Below are positions 38,942 to 63,100 of a stretch of 64,000 bases of DNA, one piece after another; position 1 is the first letter of the stretch, and the number at the start of each line of letters is the position of its first letter. The DNA is from an uncultured Acidobacteriota bacterium (GTDB lineage: Bacteria; Acidobacteriota; Thermoanaerobaculia; Multivoradales; UBA5704). The position numbers and the translations under genes are program-made. The stretch is taken from positions 896,001-960,000 of the forward strand of contig CAVYRF010000001.1 of assembly GCA_963770895.1 (NCBI GenBank). Reading direction: 5' to 3'. The notes below the pieces were generated by a model that saw nothing but the letters and a program-made list of their open reading frames with translations, was not told the DNA's origin and ran no database searches.

Positions 38942-40078
38942 CTACGTCCCGCCGCGAGTGGCCTGGTCCGCGGCCCTGGCGAGGCTGTGCAGGAGTTCGA
39001 AGAACTTCGCCGATTGACCGATGAAGAGACCCATGGCAGTCAAGAATTTGAGGGCGCCCATCGCGGCTCCCGCGGTGGCGGTGGGTCGGATGATCGACAC
39101 CACCGGCAGCGTCCGGCTCAGGAAAGGACACGGCTTGGGCATGATCAGGTTGGTCTGGAAGTCCGGGCCGCCAAAGGGGGGTGAATTCAGGTCCGGGAAG
39201 ACCAGCCCATTGGTGGAGTCGGTCACCGGCGGCGCATCGCCCGCGATGTCGGACCAGGTTTGAAAGTGCATCGTTTCGGTGGGGCCGATGCTGAGCAGGA
39301 TGCGCAGCACTTCCGGGCTGGTGGCGCGCTGCGCCAGCGAAGGGTACAGACTGTTGCCGCCCTGTTCGATGGTCGGCATGTGAAACGCCGCCGTATTGAC
39401 GATCGCCTGCAGGTGGTCGTCGGGAGCGAGGTCGGCATCCGTCCTGGGTATCGCGGTGAACTGCCCTGCCGCCAAGCCGGGAATGGCTTGCGGGAACTTG
39501 AAGGTCGGATCCAGGTCGGGGTTGTTGGTGCTGCTGCGATAGCGGGTATACCAACTGGTATCCAGGGTGAGCTGCATGAGATTCGTCAGCCGCAGCTGCC
39601 CGCTGGAACCGGTCGCCGTGCTGCCCGGCAGCGTGCGGAACGGTTCCAGGTCCACCGGCTCGGCGCGCTTGCTGACCAGGTACGCGTTCAGAAAGCTCTG
39701 GTGGCTGAACTCATCATGGGTGTTGTCGTGGACGTATTGCGGAAAGTCCGAATCCAGATTCATGAACTTGGCGGTGTAGGCGGGATTGCCCGTGCCGCCG
39801 GGGACCTCGCTGTCCTGCACCCCTCCCAGCTCGTTGTACTGCACCCAGAAGTCGGTTTCGAGGATTTCCGCCGCGGCTGCGAACCTGATCAGAGCCGCAT
39901 CGCCCCGGGTGATGCCGGTGTTGCTTTCTTCTCCTTCCGGTACCTCGTCTCCGAGAGCAGGTGAGCTGCCGGCGAACAGGCCGCCGCTCATGATCGCCGC
40001 ACCTGCCGCCGTCAACCCGCCCTTCATCAAAGCGCGCCGGTCGAACCCTCTCTTCACACCATCTGGTGGGCGCCGCAT
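38942..40078 (-). CDS. Tat-exported ferritin-like domain protein
   Basis: ATG 40078 after AGAAAGG; twin-arginine DRRALMK plus hydrophobic stretch; candidate di-metal ligands AAAEILE, DEFSH, IEQGG, TETMH. Confidence 0.85.
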   Translation of the reverse strand: MRRPPDGVKRGFDRRALMKGGLTAAGAAIMSGGLFAGSSPALGDEVPEGEESNTGITRGDAALIRFAAAAEILETDFWVQYNELGGVQDSEVPGGTGNPAYTAKFMNLDSDFPQYVHDNTHDEFSHQSFLNAYLVSKRAEPVDLEPFRTLPGSTATGSSGQLRLTNLMQLTLDTSWYTRYRSSTNNPDLDPTFKFPQAIPGLAAGQFTAIPRTDADLAPDDHLQAIVNTAAFHMPTIEQGGNSLYPSLAQRATSPEVLRILLSIGPTETMHFQTWSDIAGDAPPVTDSTNGLVFPDLNSPPFGGPDFQTNLIMPKPCPFLSRTLPVVSIIRPTATAGAAMGALKFLTAMGLFIGQSAKFFELLHSLARAADQATRGGT

Positions 40079-40460
40079 AGTGCACTGCCTTTCTCGCGTG
40101 GTCGTTGAACATCGTGCCGGCTCGGCCGGCGACAACAGCGTTTCGCAAACATTGATGCAACTGGCAACGCGTGGTGGATGGCGAGTCAAGCGGAGCCTGT
40201 CTCGCGTTGAGTGGGTGCCCGCGCGACGGCAGGCGGTTCAATCCGCGGTTGCCGGCAACAATAGGTGCCGCGCTGCCTGCTAGCGCACGGGGCGGCTCAG
40301 GCCTGCGAAGGCGCGCAGGCTGCGCAGCGTCTCGCGGGTCTTGTCCTCGGCTGAGAGGCCCGCTTCCGGCGCGATCAGGGTTGGAAACTGGCGGGCGTGG
40401 GCGCCGCCTGCCCGTTACTCGGCTCCTTGGGCGCCTTGAACACCATGCGAAGGCGCCGGC

Positions 40461-41996
40461 TCAGGGCGCCTGGCCGCAATTCCTGGCGCGCGTCGCCGGG
40501 CGGGGCGATGCCCGCTGGAGCAGATAGCTGAAGTCGCCAGCGCAGCCGTTGAACCCGCTCCCGAAGGAGTGGCAGACGATGCAGGACGCGGTTTCCTTCC
40601 CCAGGCTCTGGATATAGGTCTCCATGGTGGTGTTTGAGAGCACCTCGGGCGTGGGCTGAGAGTCCTTTGGCTTCTTCGCCGTCGGGTTTGCCGGCCATTG
40701 CGTGCTCACCAGCACGTAGTTCTCCCAGACGGTGCCGTGTACCAGCGCGTGCCACTGATCGTTGATGTCCTTGGGCAACAGGTGGATACCGACCGAAATC
40801 ATTCTCGCCACCTGCACCGGCTGCGTCATCGGCGCGTGACTGTCGCGCGGATTGGCATTTTCGACACATCCCACGCAGTTCGGATCGTTCCACGAATAGT
40901 GCGCTTTGGGATCCGGCGTCGCGCCCTGTATGGGAGCGTTGTCCACCTGCTCGAAGGTGGACCAGACCCACTGGGGTCGCCCGTTCACCTTGTGCGCGAT
41001 GTGGAAACCGACGAGCCCCATCTGCCGCTGGCAGCAGGGCCCCTCGCCCGGCTGATTGCAGGTCGGATACTTACCCTGCTTGTCGGGCCGGCCCGTGGCG
41101 AGATCGACCTTCGAGTCGACGATCGTCGCCAGCTCGGTGAAAAATCGGCTCGCATCGTCCTTGGCGCCGAGTACCTTCCAGGCCGCCTTGATCTCGATGG
41201 CGCCGAGCGAACCGCCGTCGGTGCCGGTGGGGAAATTGAAGGGAGCCGCGAGGGCAGCCTGGGTGTTGCCGTTGTAGAAACCGTTCCCCACGATATATTC
41301 GAAGCTGTCCTGGTCGATGCGGATCTCGTAGCGCGCCAGCTGGCCCGACTGGTCGGTGAGCCAGACGTTCGGCACCGCTTGAACGGATTCGTCAGCCACG
41401 TTGCCGACCTTCGAGGTTGCCCGCAGCGTCGGTTCGCCGCCCGGGAAGCCCTTCTGGCAGGCCGCGGGAGCCGCCGTGCTGTCGTCCTTCCAGCAGCTTT
41501 CGAGGCAGCCCGGCACCTTCGGATCGCAATGGCAAGGATTCTGCCCCTGGTCGGAGAAGATCTGGTGCGGCTCCTTGAAGGTCATCCAGACCACGCGGTC
41601 ATCGGCACGCCGTTCACCGAAATGCTTCGTTTTGTCCGGTTCGCCGTTCTGCGCGCCAGCCGGCCAGTTGAGCGCCACCAGGCTCTGCCACGAGAAGCAG
41701 TCGAAGTTCTGCTGGATCGAGGCGGTGCCAAACGCGTGCACCTCGTGGGGAGGGCTGGAGTCGAGCGTGGCGCCCAGGCACGGCCCGGGCGCGGTGCTCA
41801 CTGCGGCCTCGGTGCTCGCGGCGTCCCCAATCCTGGTGGTAGGCGCGGCGACCTTCGCCGGGAGCGGCGCGGGGGGCAACCTCTGCGGCACAGGCGGCGG
41901 CGAGCCCCAGTGGAAGGCGGCGAGGCCGCCGGAGAGCAGGGACGCCGCGAGACTTGCCGGCGCCCACCAGAACCGACGCGTTGGTTGAGGGCTCAT
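40461..41996 (-). CDS. Exported Cys-rich protein with a single C-terminal CxxCH (putative c-type cytochrome)
   Basis: RBS GAAGGAGG; N-terminal hydrophobic anchor; blocks WQSLVALNWPA, IEIKAAWK, LVGFHIAHK, WVWSTFEQVDN, LSNTTMETY, SCIVCH. Confidence 0.8.
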   Translation of the reverse strand: MSPQPTRRFWWAPASLAASLLSGGLAAFHWGSPPPVPQRLPPAPLPAKVAAPTTRIGDAASTEAAVSTAPGPCLGATLDSSPPHEVHAFGTASIQQNFDCFSWQSLVALNWPAGAQNGEPDKTKHFGERRADDRVVWMTFKEPHQIFSDQGQNPCHCDPKVPGCLESCWKDDSTAAPAACQKGFPGGEPTLRATSKVGNVADESVQAVPNVWLTDQSGQLARYEIRIDQDSFEYIVGNGFYNGNTQAALAAPFNFPTGTDGGSLGAIEIKAAWKVLGAKDDASRFFTELATIVDSKVDLATGRPDKQGKYPTCNQPGEGPCCQRQMGLVGFHIAHKVNGRPQWVWSTFEQVDNAPIQGATPDPKAHYSWNDPNCVGCVENANPRDSHAPMTQPVQVARMISVGIHLLPKDINDQWHALVHGTVWENYVLVSTQWPANPTAKKPKDSQPTPEVLSNTTMETYIQSLGKETASCIVCHSFGSGFNGCAGDFSYLLQRASPRPATRARNCGQAP

Positions 41997-42079
41997 ATCG
42001 CCTCCTTCAAAGGGCGCTCTCGAAGTGATGATTCATGGCCGCTCCGTGCAACCGGCCATCGTCCGATCGTGCAGGTCGT

Positions 42080-43075
42080 TCAGGATTCGGGGGAGCCGGC
42101 GTCCATCCAAGCCTTGAAGGTCGCGATCATCTCCTGTGTCCACGGCTGCGAAGGTGGCTTGGGCATGCGGTGGGACGAAACCTCGTCGTAGATGCGCTGG
42201 CCGTTGGCCTTGACACTCTGGTAGCTCCCCAGGTCGAGCGGCTTGCCGGACCCGCCGGGATCTCGCACCATGTGGCCCACGTCGACGGCGTTGAACAGAC
42301 CCTGGATGTAGTTCTGCCAGGTCGGCGGACGTGCGTCGGCCGATGGCGGCGGAGGTGGGGGCGGCGGTGCGACGGCCGGTGGGGACGGCGCGGCGGTCTG
42401 CGGATCGCGGGCGGCGCGGGCCGCCTTGATCGCGCTGTCGGGCCCTTGCTTCGCCTTGTCGGGCAGCTTCCCGGCGAGATAGCCGGCATGGCTCACGCCG
42501 AGGAGCCAGAGCAGATTTGGCACGACGTCGAGGTTGGGAAAGCTCGGCGACCCTTCCTTTGCCCGGTCGACAAGCAGGCAGACATAGACACCCGCGATCA
42601 CCAGGGTGAAGATGAGATTTTGGAATTTGGTCACGTCCACCACCTGATCGATCAGCGGCCCCTCCTCCTGGAGCACCACCTGCGCCAGCCGCGGGGGAAT
42701 GGTGAGCCCGCCTCCTGGATTGACGGCCGCGGCCGGCAGGATCCCTTTCGTCTGCACGGCGGCGCCCCGCACATCCTTGCCGCTCTTGATCGCGCCCGAG
42801 GTGACCGCCGATCCGGCGCTGATGCCCATCAGCACGAGCAGCGTCTGGGGAATCTGCAAAGCCGTGGCAAGCGGCGGGCGGGAGTAGAGCAGCAGGCCGA
42901 CCAGAGTGGAGAGCACGAGCAGGGTCCACAGGACGATCTGCAGATGGTTCAGACTGTACCGGCCCCGCTCGTCGATCAGGATGCCGGACCAACCCCTGCC
43001 GGCCGCCCGGCCGGCGAGGCCGGCGAGGATCAGGAGGACGAGAAGCGCAACGAGCCACAGATAGACGAAAGACAT
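42080..43075 (-). CDS. Membrane protein with an internally duplicated TM hairpin, Pro-rich linker and small C-terminal helical domain
   Basis: RBS AGAAGGAGG. SLNHLQIVLWT...IPQTLLVLMGISAG and DVTKFQNLIFT...VPNLLWLLGVSHAG repeats; tail DVGHM...LDLGSYQSVKAN...IY...RMP...W....IATFKAWMDAG. Confidence 0.8.
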   Translation of the reverse strand: MSFVYLWLVALLVLLILAGLAGRAAGRGWSGILIDERGRYSLNHLQIVLWTLLVLSTLVGLLLYSRPPLATALQIPQTLLVLMGISAGSAVTSGAIKSGKDVRGAAVQTKGILPAAAVNPGGGLTIPPRLAQVVLQEEGPLIDQVVDVTKFQNLIFTLVIAGVYVCLLVDRAKEGSPSFPNLDVVPNLLWLLGVSHAGYLAGKLPDKAKQGPDSAIKAARAARDPQTAAPSPPAVAPPPPPPPPSADARPPTWQNYIQGLFNAVDVGHMVRDPGGSGKPLDLGSYQSVKANGQRIYDEVSSHRMPKPPSQPWTQEMIATFKAWMDAGSPES

Positions 43076-43269
43076 GACACCTCCTTCTGCCGGGAGCGCC
43101 AGCGCGGATGGCGGGGACGCCGCCTGTCATCGATCTCTCTCTCAGACGGACGCGTTCGGCGCTTTCGCACGGCGGGCGGCCGGCCGCGCTGGCCCGCATA
43201 GGCGGCCCCGGAAAGCTGTGCTATCAATCCCTCCCGCATGGTCCTGTTCGACGTGTTGGGGCTCGCCAG

Positions 43270-44727
43270 ATGGCGGCTCGCGGGGCGAGGGGCGGCGTGG
43301 GGCGCCGGGTGACGGGCGGCGACCAGGCCGTGGGTGTGGAGCGGCGGGCGTTCAAGCTGGTGGCGGTGGCCGGTGAGGATGCCGCGGCGCTCGACGCGGC
43401 GGCGCGGGAGGCGGCGGCGCGGCTCCGCGCGTCGCCCGCCGCGGAGCTCGGCAGGCTGGCGGCGGCCCTGCGGCGGGACGGGCCGGCGCCCAGGCACCGG
43501 CGCATGGTGGTGTGCCGGGAGCCAGGCGCGGCGATCGCGGCGTTGACGGGTGCCGTCGGCCCTGGGGCGGCGCGGGTGTGGAGCGGGGTGGCGGGGCGGC
43601 GGGCGCCGGCGGTGTCGTTCCTGTTTTCGGGGGTCGGCGATCAGTATCCGGGGATGGCGCACGGACTCTATCGGCAGGAGCCGGTGTTCCGCGCCGCCGT
43701 GGATCGGTGCGCCGAGATCCTCGTCCCCTGGCTGGGGCGCGACGTGCGGGAGGTGCTGTTTGCGCCGGCGCCGGAGGCGGCCGCACCGCCGGGGGAAGCG
43801 GGCGCAGCCGCGGGGCACGGCGGCCCGCAGCGGCGGATGGATCTCCGCCAGATGCTGGGACGGAGCGGGGCGGCCACATGGGCGCCGGCCAACCCGCTCG
43901 ACCAGACCCTTTTCGTGCACCCGGCGCTGTTCACGGTGGAGTATGCGCTGGCGCAGCTGTGGATGTCCTGGGGCGTGGTGCCGCGGTCGCTCGCCGGCTA
44001 CAGCGTCGGCGAGTACGTGGCGGCGTGCCTGGCAGGAGTGTTCGAGCTCGCCCAGGCCTTGCGGCTGGTGGCGGTGCGGGCGCGCATCCTGGACGAGCTG
44101 CCGGCGGGCGCGATGCTGAGCATCTTCCTTCCGGAGGCGGACTGCGCGGCGCTCCTGGGAGAGGGCTTGTGGCTCGCGGCGGTGAACGGACCGAGCCTTT
44201 GCGTGGTGGCGGGGGAGAGCGCGGCGGTCGAGGCGCTGGCGTCGCGGCTCCAGGAGCGGCGCGTGCCGTGCCGCCGGTTGGCCGCCGGACACGCGTTCCA
44301 TTCGCCGCTGCTGGCGCCGGCGGTGGCGCCGCTGGTGCGCGAGGCGGCGGCGCTCGCGCTGCGGCCGCCGGCGGTGCCATTGCTGTCGAACGTCAGCGGC
44401 GGATGGATCGGCGCGGCGGAGGCGACGGACCCCGAGTATTGGGCGCGCCACATGTGCCGGCCGGTGCGCTTCGCGGCGGCGCTCGCCACGCTCGGTACGG
44501 GGGCGGCGCGGGCGCTGGTCGAGATCGGGCCGGGGAGCACGTTGTGCAGCATGGCTCTCCAGGGCGCCATGCCGGTGGCGCCGGTGGTGGCGGTGCCGTC
44601 GCTGCCGCACGCGCAGGACGCGGAGCCCGACCTCGAGGTGATGGTGTCGGCGCTCGGCAGGCTCTGGCTCGCGGGGGTCGAGCCCGACTGGCGGGCGTTC
44701 GACGGCGAGCACCTGGGCACCCGCTGA
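43270..44727 (+). CDS. Free-standing PKS acyltransferase (malonyl-CoA type) retaining cis-AT linker regions; start uncertain
   Basis: FLFSGVGDQYPGM, active site GYSVG (43996-44010), VAVRARIL, GAM, AAVNGP, HAFHS (44290), YWARH..RPVRF, VEIGPG, LGRLWLAGVEPDW. No KS or ACP. Confidence 0.9.
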   Translation: MAARGARGGVGRRVTGGDQAVGVERRAFKLVAVAGEDAAALDAAAREAAARLRASPAAELGRLAAALRRDGPAPRHRRMVVCREPGAAIAALTGAVGPGAARVWSGVAGRRAPAVSFLFSGVGDQYPGMAHGLYRQEPVFRAAVDRCAEILVPWLGRDVREVLFAPAPEAAAPPGEAGAAAGHGGPQRRMDLRQMLGRSGAATWAPANPLDQTLFVHPALFTVEYALAQLWMSWGVVPRSLAGYSVGEYVAACLAGVFELAQALRLVAVRARILDELPAGAMLSIFLPEADCAALLGEGLWLAAVNGPSLCVVAGESAAVEALASRLQERRVPCRRLAAGHAFHSPLLAPAVAPLVREAAALALRPPAVPLLSNVSGGWIGAAEATDPEYWARHMCRPVRFAAALATLGTGAARALVEIGPGSTLCSMALQGAMPVAPVVAVPSLPHAQDAEPDLEVMVSALGRLWLAGVEPDWRAFDGEHLGTR

Positions 44728-44907
44728 CCCCGCGGTGTAAAGCCGCCGGCGCGCGCGGTCCGCGGCCGGCCGGCAGGATGCCGGGACGGACCCCGATTGG
44801 GCGGCGGCCGACACTTAAGGAGAGAGGCCGCGCGGGCGAGGACAACGGTGCGGCGCCGGGTTGCGGCCGCGGGCGCCGCCGGTCGCGCAGTGGGGGATTC
44901 GAGAAGG

Positions 44908-46862
44908 ATGGATGGCCATGATGTGTTGCGAGCTTTCGCCGGCTCGGTAGCCGGGGGACCGGCGCGCATTGCTTTGCAGGCTGGGGCGCGCCGCATCTCG
45001 TATCGCGATCTCGACGAATGGACGGACGCGTTGGCCCGCGCTCTGCGGCCGGCCGGGCCGGGCGCGGTGGTCGCGGTCTGCGCCGGCGATCCGCTGGCCT
45101 GGGCGGCGGCGCTTATCGGCGTGCTCAAGGCCGGCTGTGTCTTCGCGCCGCTCGACCTGGCGCAGCCGCCGGCGCGGTTGCTGACGGTGCTGCGGCAGCT
45201 CGCGCCGCGCTGGTTCGTGGGCTCGGTGACGGAGGCGCCCGGCGGCTCCGCTGGCGGTGCAGACGATGCGGCAGAGCCGGCGGCGCTCGCGGTGCTCCAG
45301 GCTGTGGGCTGGAGCGGTGAGGTGGGGTGGTGCCGGCTCGACACGGCGCGCCTCGCGGTGACGGCGCAGCCGCCGGGCGCCGGCTCGGGCGCTGCGGCTG
45401 GGGGCGCTATCGCTCCGGGCGCTGCCGCTCAGGGCGCCGCGGCGCCGCCGCCGGCCGATCCCTGCTACGTGTTCCAAACCTCGGGGTCGACCGGCGTGCC
45501 GAAGCTGATCGCCGGGCGGTACGAGGCGATCGGGCATTTCGTGCGCTGGGAGGTGGAGCTTCTCGGACTGGGCCCCGGCGTGCGGGTGAGCCAGCTCGCG
45601 GCGCCGCACTTCGATGCCTGGCTGCGCGACGTCTTCACCCCGCTCGCCTGCGGCGGCACGGTGTGCGTGCCGCCGGCAGCCGAGGTGCGCCTGGACGCAG
45701 CGGCGCTCGCCGACTGGATCGAGCGCGAGGGCATCGAGGTGCTGCATTGCGTACCGTCGCTCTTCCACCTGGTGGCGGCGGGCGAGCTGGCGCCGGAGCG
45801 CTTCGCGCGGCTGCGCGCCGTGCTGCTCGCCGGCGAGGCGCCGGTCGCCGCGGACCTGGCGCGGTGGTTCGCCGTCTTCGGGCGGCGGGTCCGGCTGGTC
45901 AACCTCTACGGTCCGTCGGAAACCACGATGACTAAGCTGTTCCACGAGATCGTGCCGCACGACCTCGGGCGGCGCGCGATCCCGGCGGGGCGGCCGATGC
46001 CCGGCGCGGCGGTGCTGCTGGTCGACCGCCGCGGCCGCCCCGCGGCACCGGGTGCGGTGGGTGAGATCCTGCTGCGCACGCCGTACGCGGCGCTCGGCTA
46101 TCTCGGGCAGCCGGAGGCGACCGCCGCGGCGTTCGTACCCAATCCGTGGAGCGACGGCGCTGGCGACCGCGTCTACCGCACCGGCGACCTCGGCCGCCTG
46201 CTGCCGGACGGCGCGGTCGACCTGCTCGGGCGGCGGGATCAGCAGGTCAAGGTGCGCGGCCAGCGAGTCGAGATCGGCGAGATCGAAGCGGCGCTCGCCG
46301 CCCACCCCGCGGTCGCGGCGGCGGCGGTGGCGGCGCGGCGGGACGGCGAGGGTCTGCCGGCGCTCTGGGGCTTCGTGGTGACCGGCGAGGAGCTGGCGCC
46401 GCGGGCGCTGCGCGACTGGCTGCTGGCGCGCCTGCCGGCGGCGCTGATACCCGACCGCTTCGTGCGGCTGCCCGCGCTGCCGCGTCTCGGCAGCGGCAAG
46501 GTCGATCGCCGGGCGCTGGCGGCGCTCGACGTGGAACAGCCGGGCGCCGCCACGCCGCCGCTCGCGCCGCGCAATCCCACCGAGGAGCAGCTGCTGGCGA
46601 TCTGGCACGAGGTGACGGCCACCCGCGGCGCCGGCGTGCGCGACGATTTCTTTGCCGCCGGCGGCCACTCGCTCCTCGCCGCGCGCCTGCTGCTGCGGGT
46701 GCGCCACGTCTTCGGCGTCGAGGTGCCGCTGGTCGAGTTCTTCGACCACCCGACCATCGAAGATCTGGCGGCGAACGTCGAGGAGCGCATGCTGGCCCGC
46801 GCCGACCCGGCGGAGCTCGCGGCGCTGCTGGGCGAGCTCGACGGCGCCGGGGCGGCCGCGCC

Positions 46863-46866
<4 letters not shown>
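44908..46866 (+). CDS. Stand-alone NRPS starter module (A-T)
   Basis: QTSGSTGVPK, FDAWLRD, NLYGPSETT, YRTGD, GGHSLL; no C domain; acidic/helical C-terminal docking tail; GTGA overlap with the next gene. Code DARHLALMTK. Confidence 0.93.
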
Positions 46867-60180
<13,314 letters not shown>

Positions 60181-60184
<4 letters not shown>

Positions 60185-63100
60185 CCGGCGGCGCGGCAGG
60201 CGGCGGCGAGGCGATCGCGGTCGTCGGCATGAGCGGGCGCTTCCCGGGTGCCGCGAGCGTCGCCGAGTTGTGGCGCAACCTGCGCGCCGGGGTTTCCGGC
60301 GTCCGTCCCTTGACCGACCAGGAGCTGGCGGCGGCTGGGGTCGGCGCGGCGGAGCGCGACGATCCGCGCTACGTCCGCATGGCCGGGGTGTTGAGCGGCG
60401 CCGATCTGTTCGACGCCGGGCTCTTCGGCCTGACGCCGCGCGAGGCGGAGGTGATGGACCCGCAGCTGCGGGTGTTCCTCGAATGCGCCTGGGAGGCGCT
60501 GGAGGACGCCGGGCACGACCCCGAGCGCTTCCCCGGCTGGATCGGCGTCTATGCCGGTGCGGCGCTCGGCAAGTACCTGTGGCTCAACGTCGGGCGCCAC
60601 CCGGAAGCGCTGGCCGCGGTCGGCACCTTCCAGGCGATGATCACCAACGACAAGGACTTCCTCGCCACCCAGGTCAGCTATCGCCTGAACCTGCGCGGCC
60701 CGAGCCTCGGCGTGCAGAGCGCCTGCTCGACGTCGCTCGTGGCGGTGCACCTCGCCTGCCAGGCGCTGCTCTGCTTCGAGTGCGACATGGCGCTCGCCGG
60801 CGGCGTGTCGATCAGCCTGCCCGAGCAGGGCTATCTCTACCAGGACGACGGCCTGGCATCGCCCGATGGCGTCTGCCGGCCTTTCGATGCGCGGGCGGCG
60901 GGGACCATCCGCAGCAACGGCGCCGGGGTGGTGGCGCTGCGGCGGCTGGGCGACGCGCTGGCCGATGGCGACCGCGTGCTGGCCCTGGTGCGCGGCTCGG
61001 CGATCAACAACGACGGCGCGGCGAAGGTCGGCTTCACCGCCCCTTCGGTCGGCGGCCAGGCGGAGGTGATCGCCGTGGCGCAGGCGGTGGCGGGGGTGAG
61101 CGCGGAGAGCATCGGCTACGTCGAGGCGCACGGCACCGGCACGCCGCTCGGCGATCCGATCGAGGTGGCGGCGCTGACGCAGGCGTTCGGCGCGGCGGCG
61201 GCGCGCCGCGCCAGGTGCGCCCTGGGATCGATCAAGAGCAACCTCGGTCATCTCGACGCGGCGGCCGGGGTGGCCGGGTTCATCAAGACGGTCCTGGCGC
61301 TGCACCATGGAGAGCTGCCGCCGAGCCTCCACTTCGCGACCCCCAACCCGCAGATCGATTTCGCGGCCAGCCCGTTCTACGTCAACGCCGAGCTGCGCCC
61401 CTGGCCGCCGGGGGAGCCGGGGGAGACGCCGCGCCGCGCCGGCGTCAGCGCCTTCGGCATCGGCGGCACCAACGCCCACGTGGTGTTGGAAGAGGCGCCG
61501 CCCGCGGCGGCGGTTCCGGCCCCGGCGGCGGCGGAGGCAGCGCCTGAGATCCTGTTGCTCTCGGCGCAGAGCGAGACGGCGCTGCGCACCGCGGCGGCGC
61601 GGTTGGCGGCGCACGACAGTGAAGACCTGCCGGCGATCGCCTGCACGCTGCAGCTCGGACGCCGCGCCCTCGCCTGGCGCTGGTCGGCGGTGGTGCGAAG
61701 CACCGAAGAGGCGCGGCGGCGGTTGCATCAGCTGGCGCGCGGCGAGGCGGCGGCGGTGGCGGTGGCGCGCGAGCTGCCGGCGGTGGCGCTGGTGTTTCCG
61801 GGACCGGCGGCGGTGTTGGCGGGAGCGGGAGCGGGGGCGGGCGCAGGAGCGGACGCGGACGCTGGGAGAGCGGGGATGGCCGGGCTGGCGGCGGAGCTGT
61901 ACCGCACGCGGGCGGTGTTTCGCGCCGTGGTCGAGGAGGGCTGCGCGCTGCTCGCGCCAGAGCTGGGCGACGCGGTGCGGCGCGAGATCGCCGCCGGTCC
62001 GGCATCCGGCGACGTCCGGGTTACCGGTCCTGCGTCCGCCGTCGCGGCCGAAGCCGCCGCCCCGGCACTGTTCCTGTCGCAGCTGGCGCTGGCGCGGCTG
62101 TGGCTGAGCTGGGGCGTCGAGCCGGCGGCGCTCTACGGCTACGACGGTGGCGAGGAGGTGGCGGCGTGCGTGGCCGAGGTGCTGCCGCTCGCGGCGGCGC
62201 TCGAGCTCGCGGTGCTGCGCGGCCGGCTCGCGGCCGGCGGCGAGCGAGCGGCGATCCTGGCGGCGGTGCGCGGGCTGGTCGCCGTGGCGCGCCCGCAGGC
62301 GCCGCGCATCCGCATGGTGTCGAGCGTCACCGGCGACTGGGCGGGCTGGGAGGACCTGGCGGACCTGGCGTACTGGGTGGAGCTGCTGGCGGCGCCCGCC
62401 GACACCGCCGCCGGCCTGGCGCTGCTGCGCGACGAGCCGGCGCGGGTGCTGGTCGAAATCGGCCCGCGCGGCGGAGCCGTGGCGCAGCTTCTGGCGACGG
62501 CGGGCGAGCTCTGGCGAGCCGGCGTGGCGCTGCGCTGGGAGGCGGTGCACGAGCGGCGGCGTCCGCGCCGCGCGGCGCTGCCGACCTACCCCTTCGAACG
62601 CCAGCGCTACTACCTCGAACCCCAGGTGCCCGCCGGCGGGGCGGCGATGCCGCCGGCTTTGGGCAGTGGGACGGAACAGGTGGGGAGCGGCGGCGGCCGC
62701 CGGCCGCTCGCAGAGTGGTTCCACCTCGCGTCGTGGAAGCGGTCTCTGCCGCCTCCGCCCGGCGAGGAGCCGGCGGCGACGGAGCGCCGGTGTCTCGTGC
62801 TGCTGGACGACCGCGGCGTCGGCGCGGCGCTCGCCGCCGCCCTGCGGCGCGACGGCTGGCAGGTGACGGAGGCGGCGGCGGGCGCGGCCTGGCAGCAGGG
62901 GAGCGATGGGCGCTACGTGCTGCGGCCGGGGGACGAGGAAGACTTCCGGCGCCTGTGGCGCGCGCTCGCCGGCGACGTCGGTATCGGCGGCGGCGGTCTG
63001 CCGCGGCGGGTGGTCCACCTGTGGAACCTCGGCGGCGACAGCCCCGAACCGGGGCTCGACGCGGCGCTCGACCGCTCCTTCTACAGTCTGCTGCACCTGG

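Noticed and set aside
38444-39017. ORFs 38444-39184, 38557-38781 and 38580-39017
   Set aside because: They overlap better-supported genes, have no motifs or RBS, and have Arg/Pro/Gly-rich shadow composition.
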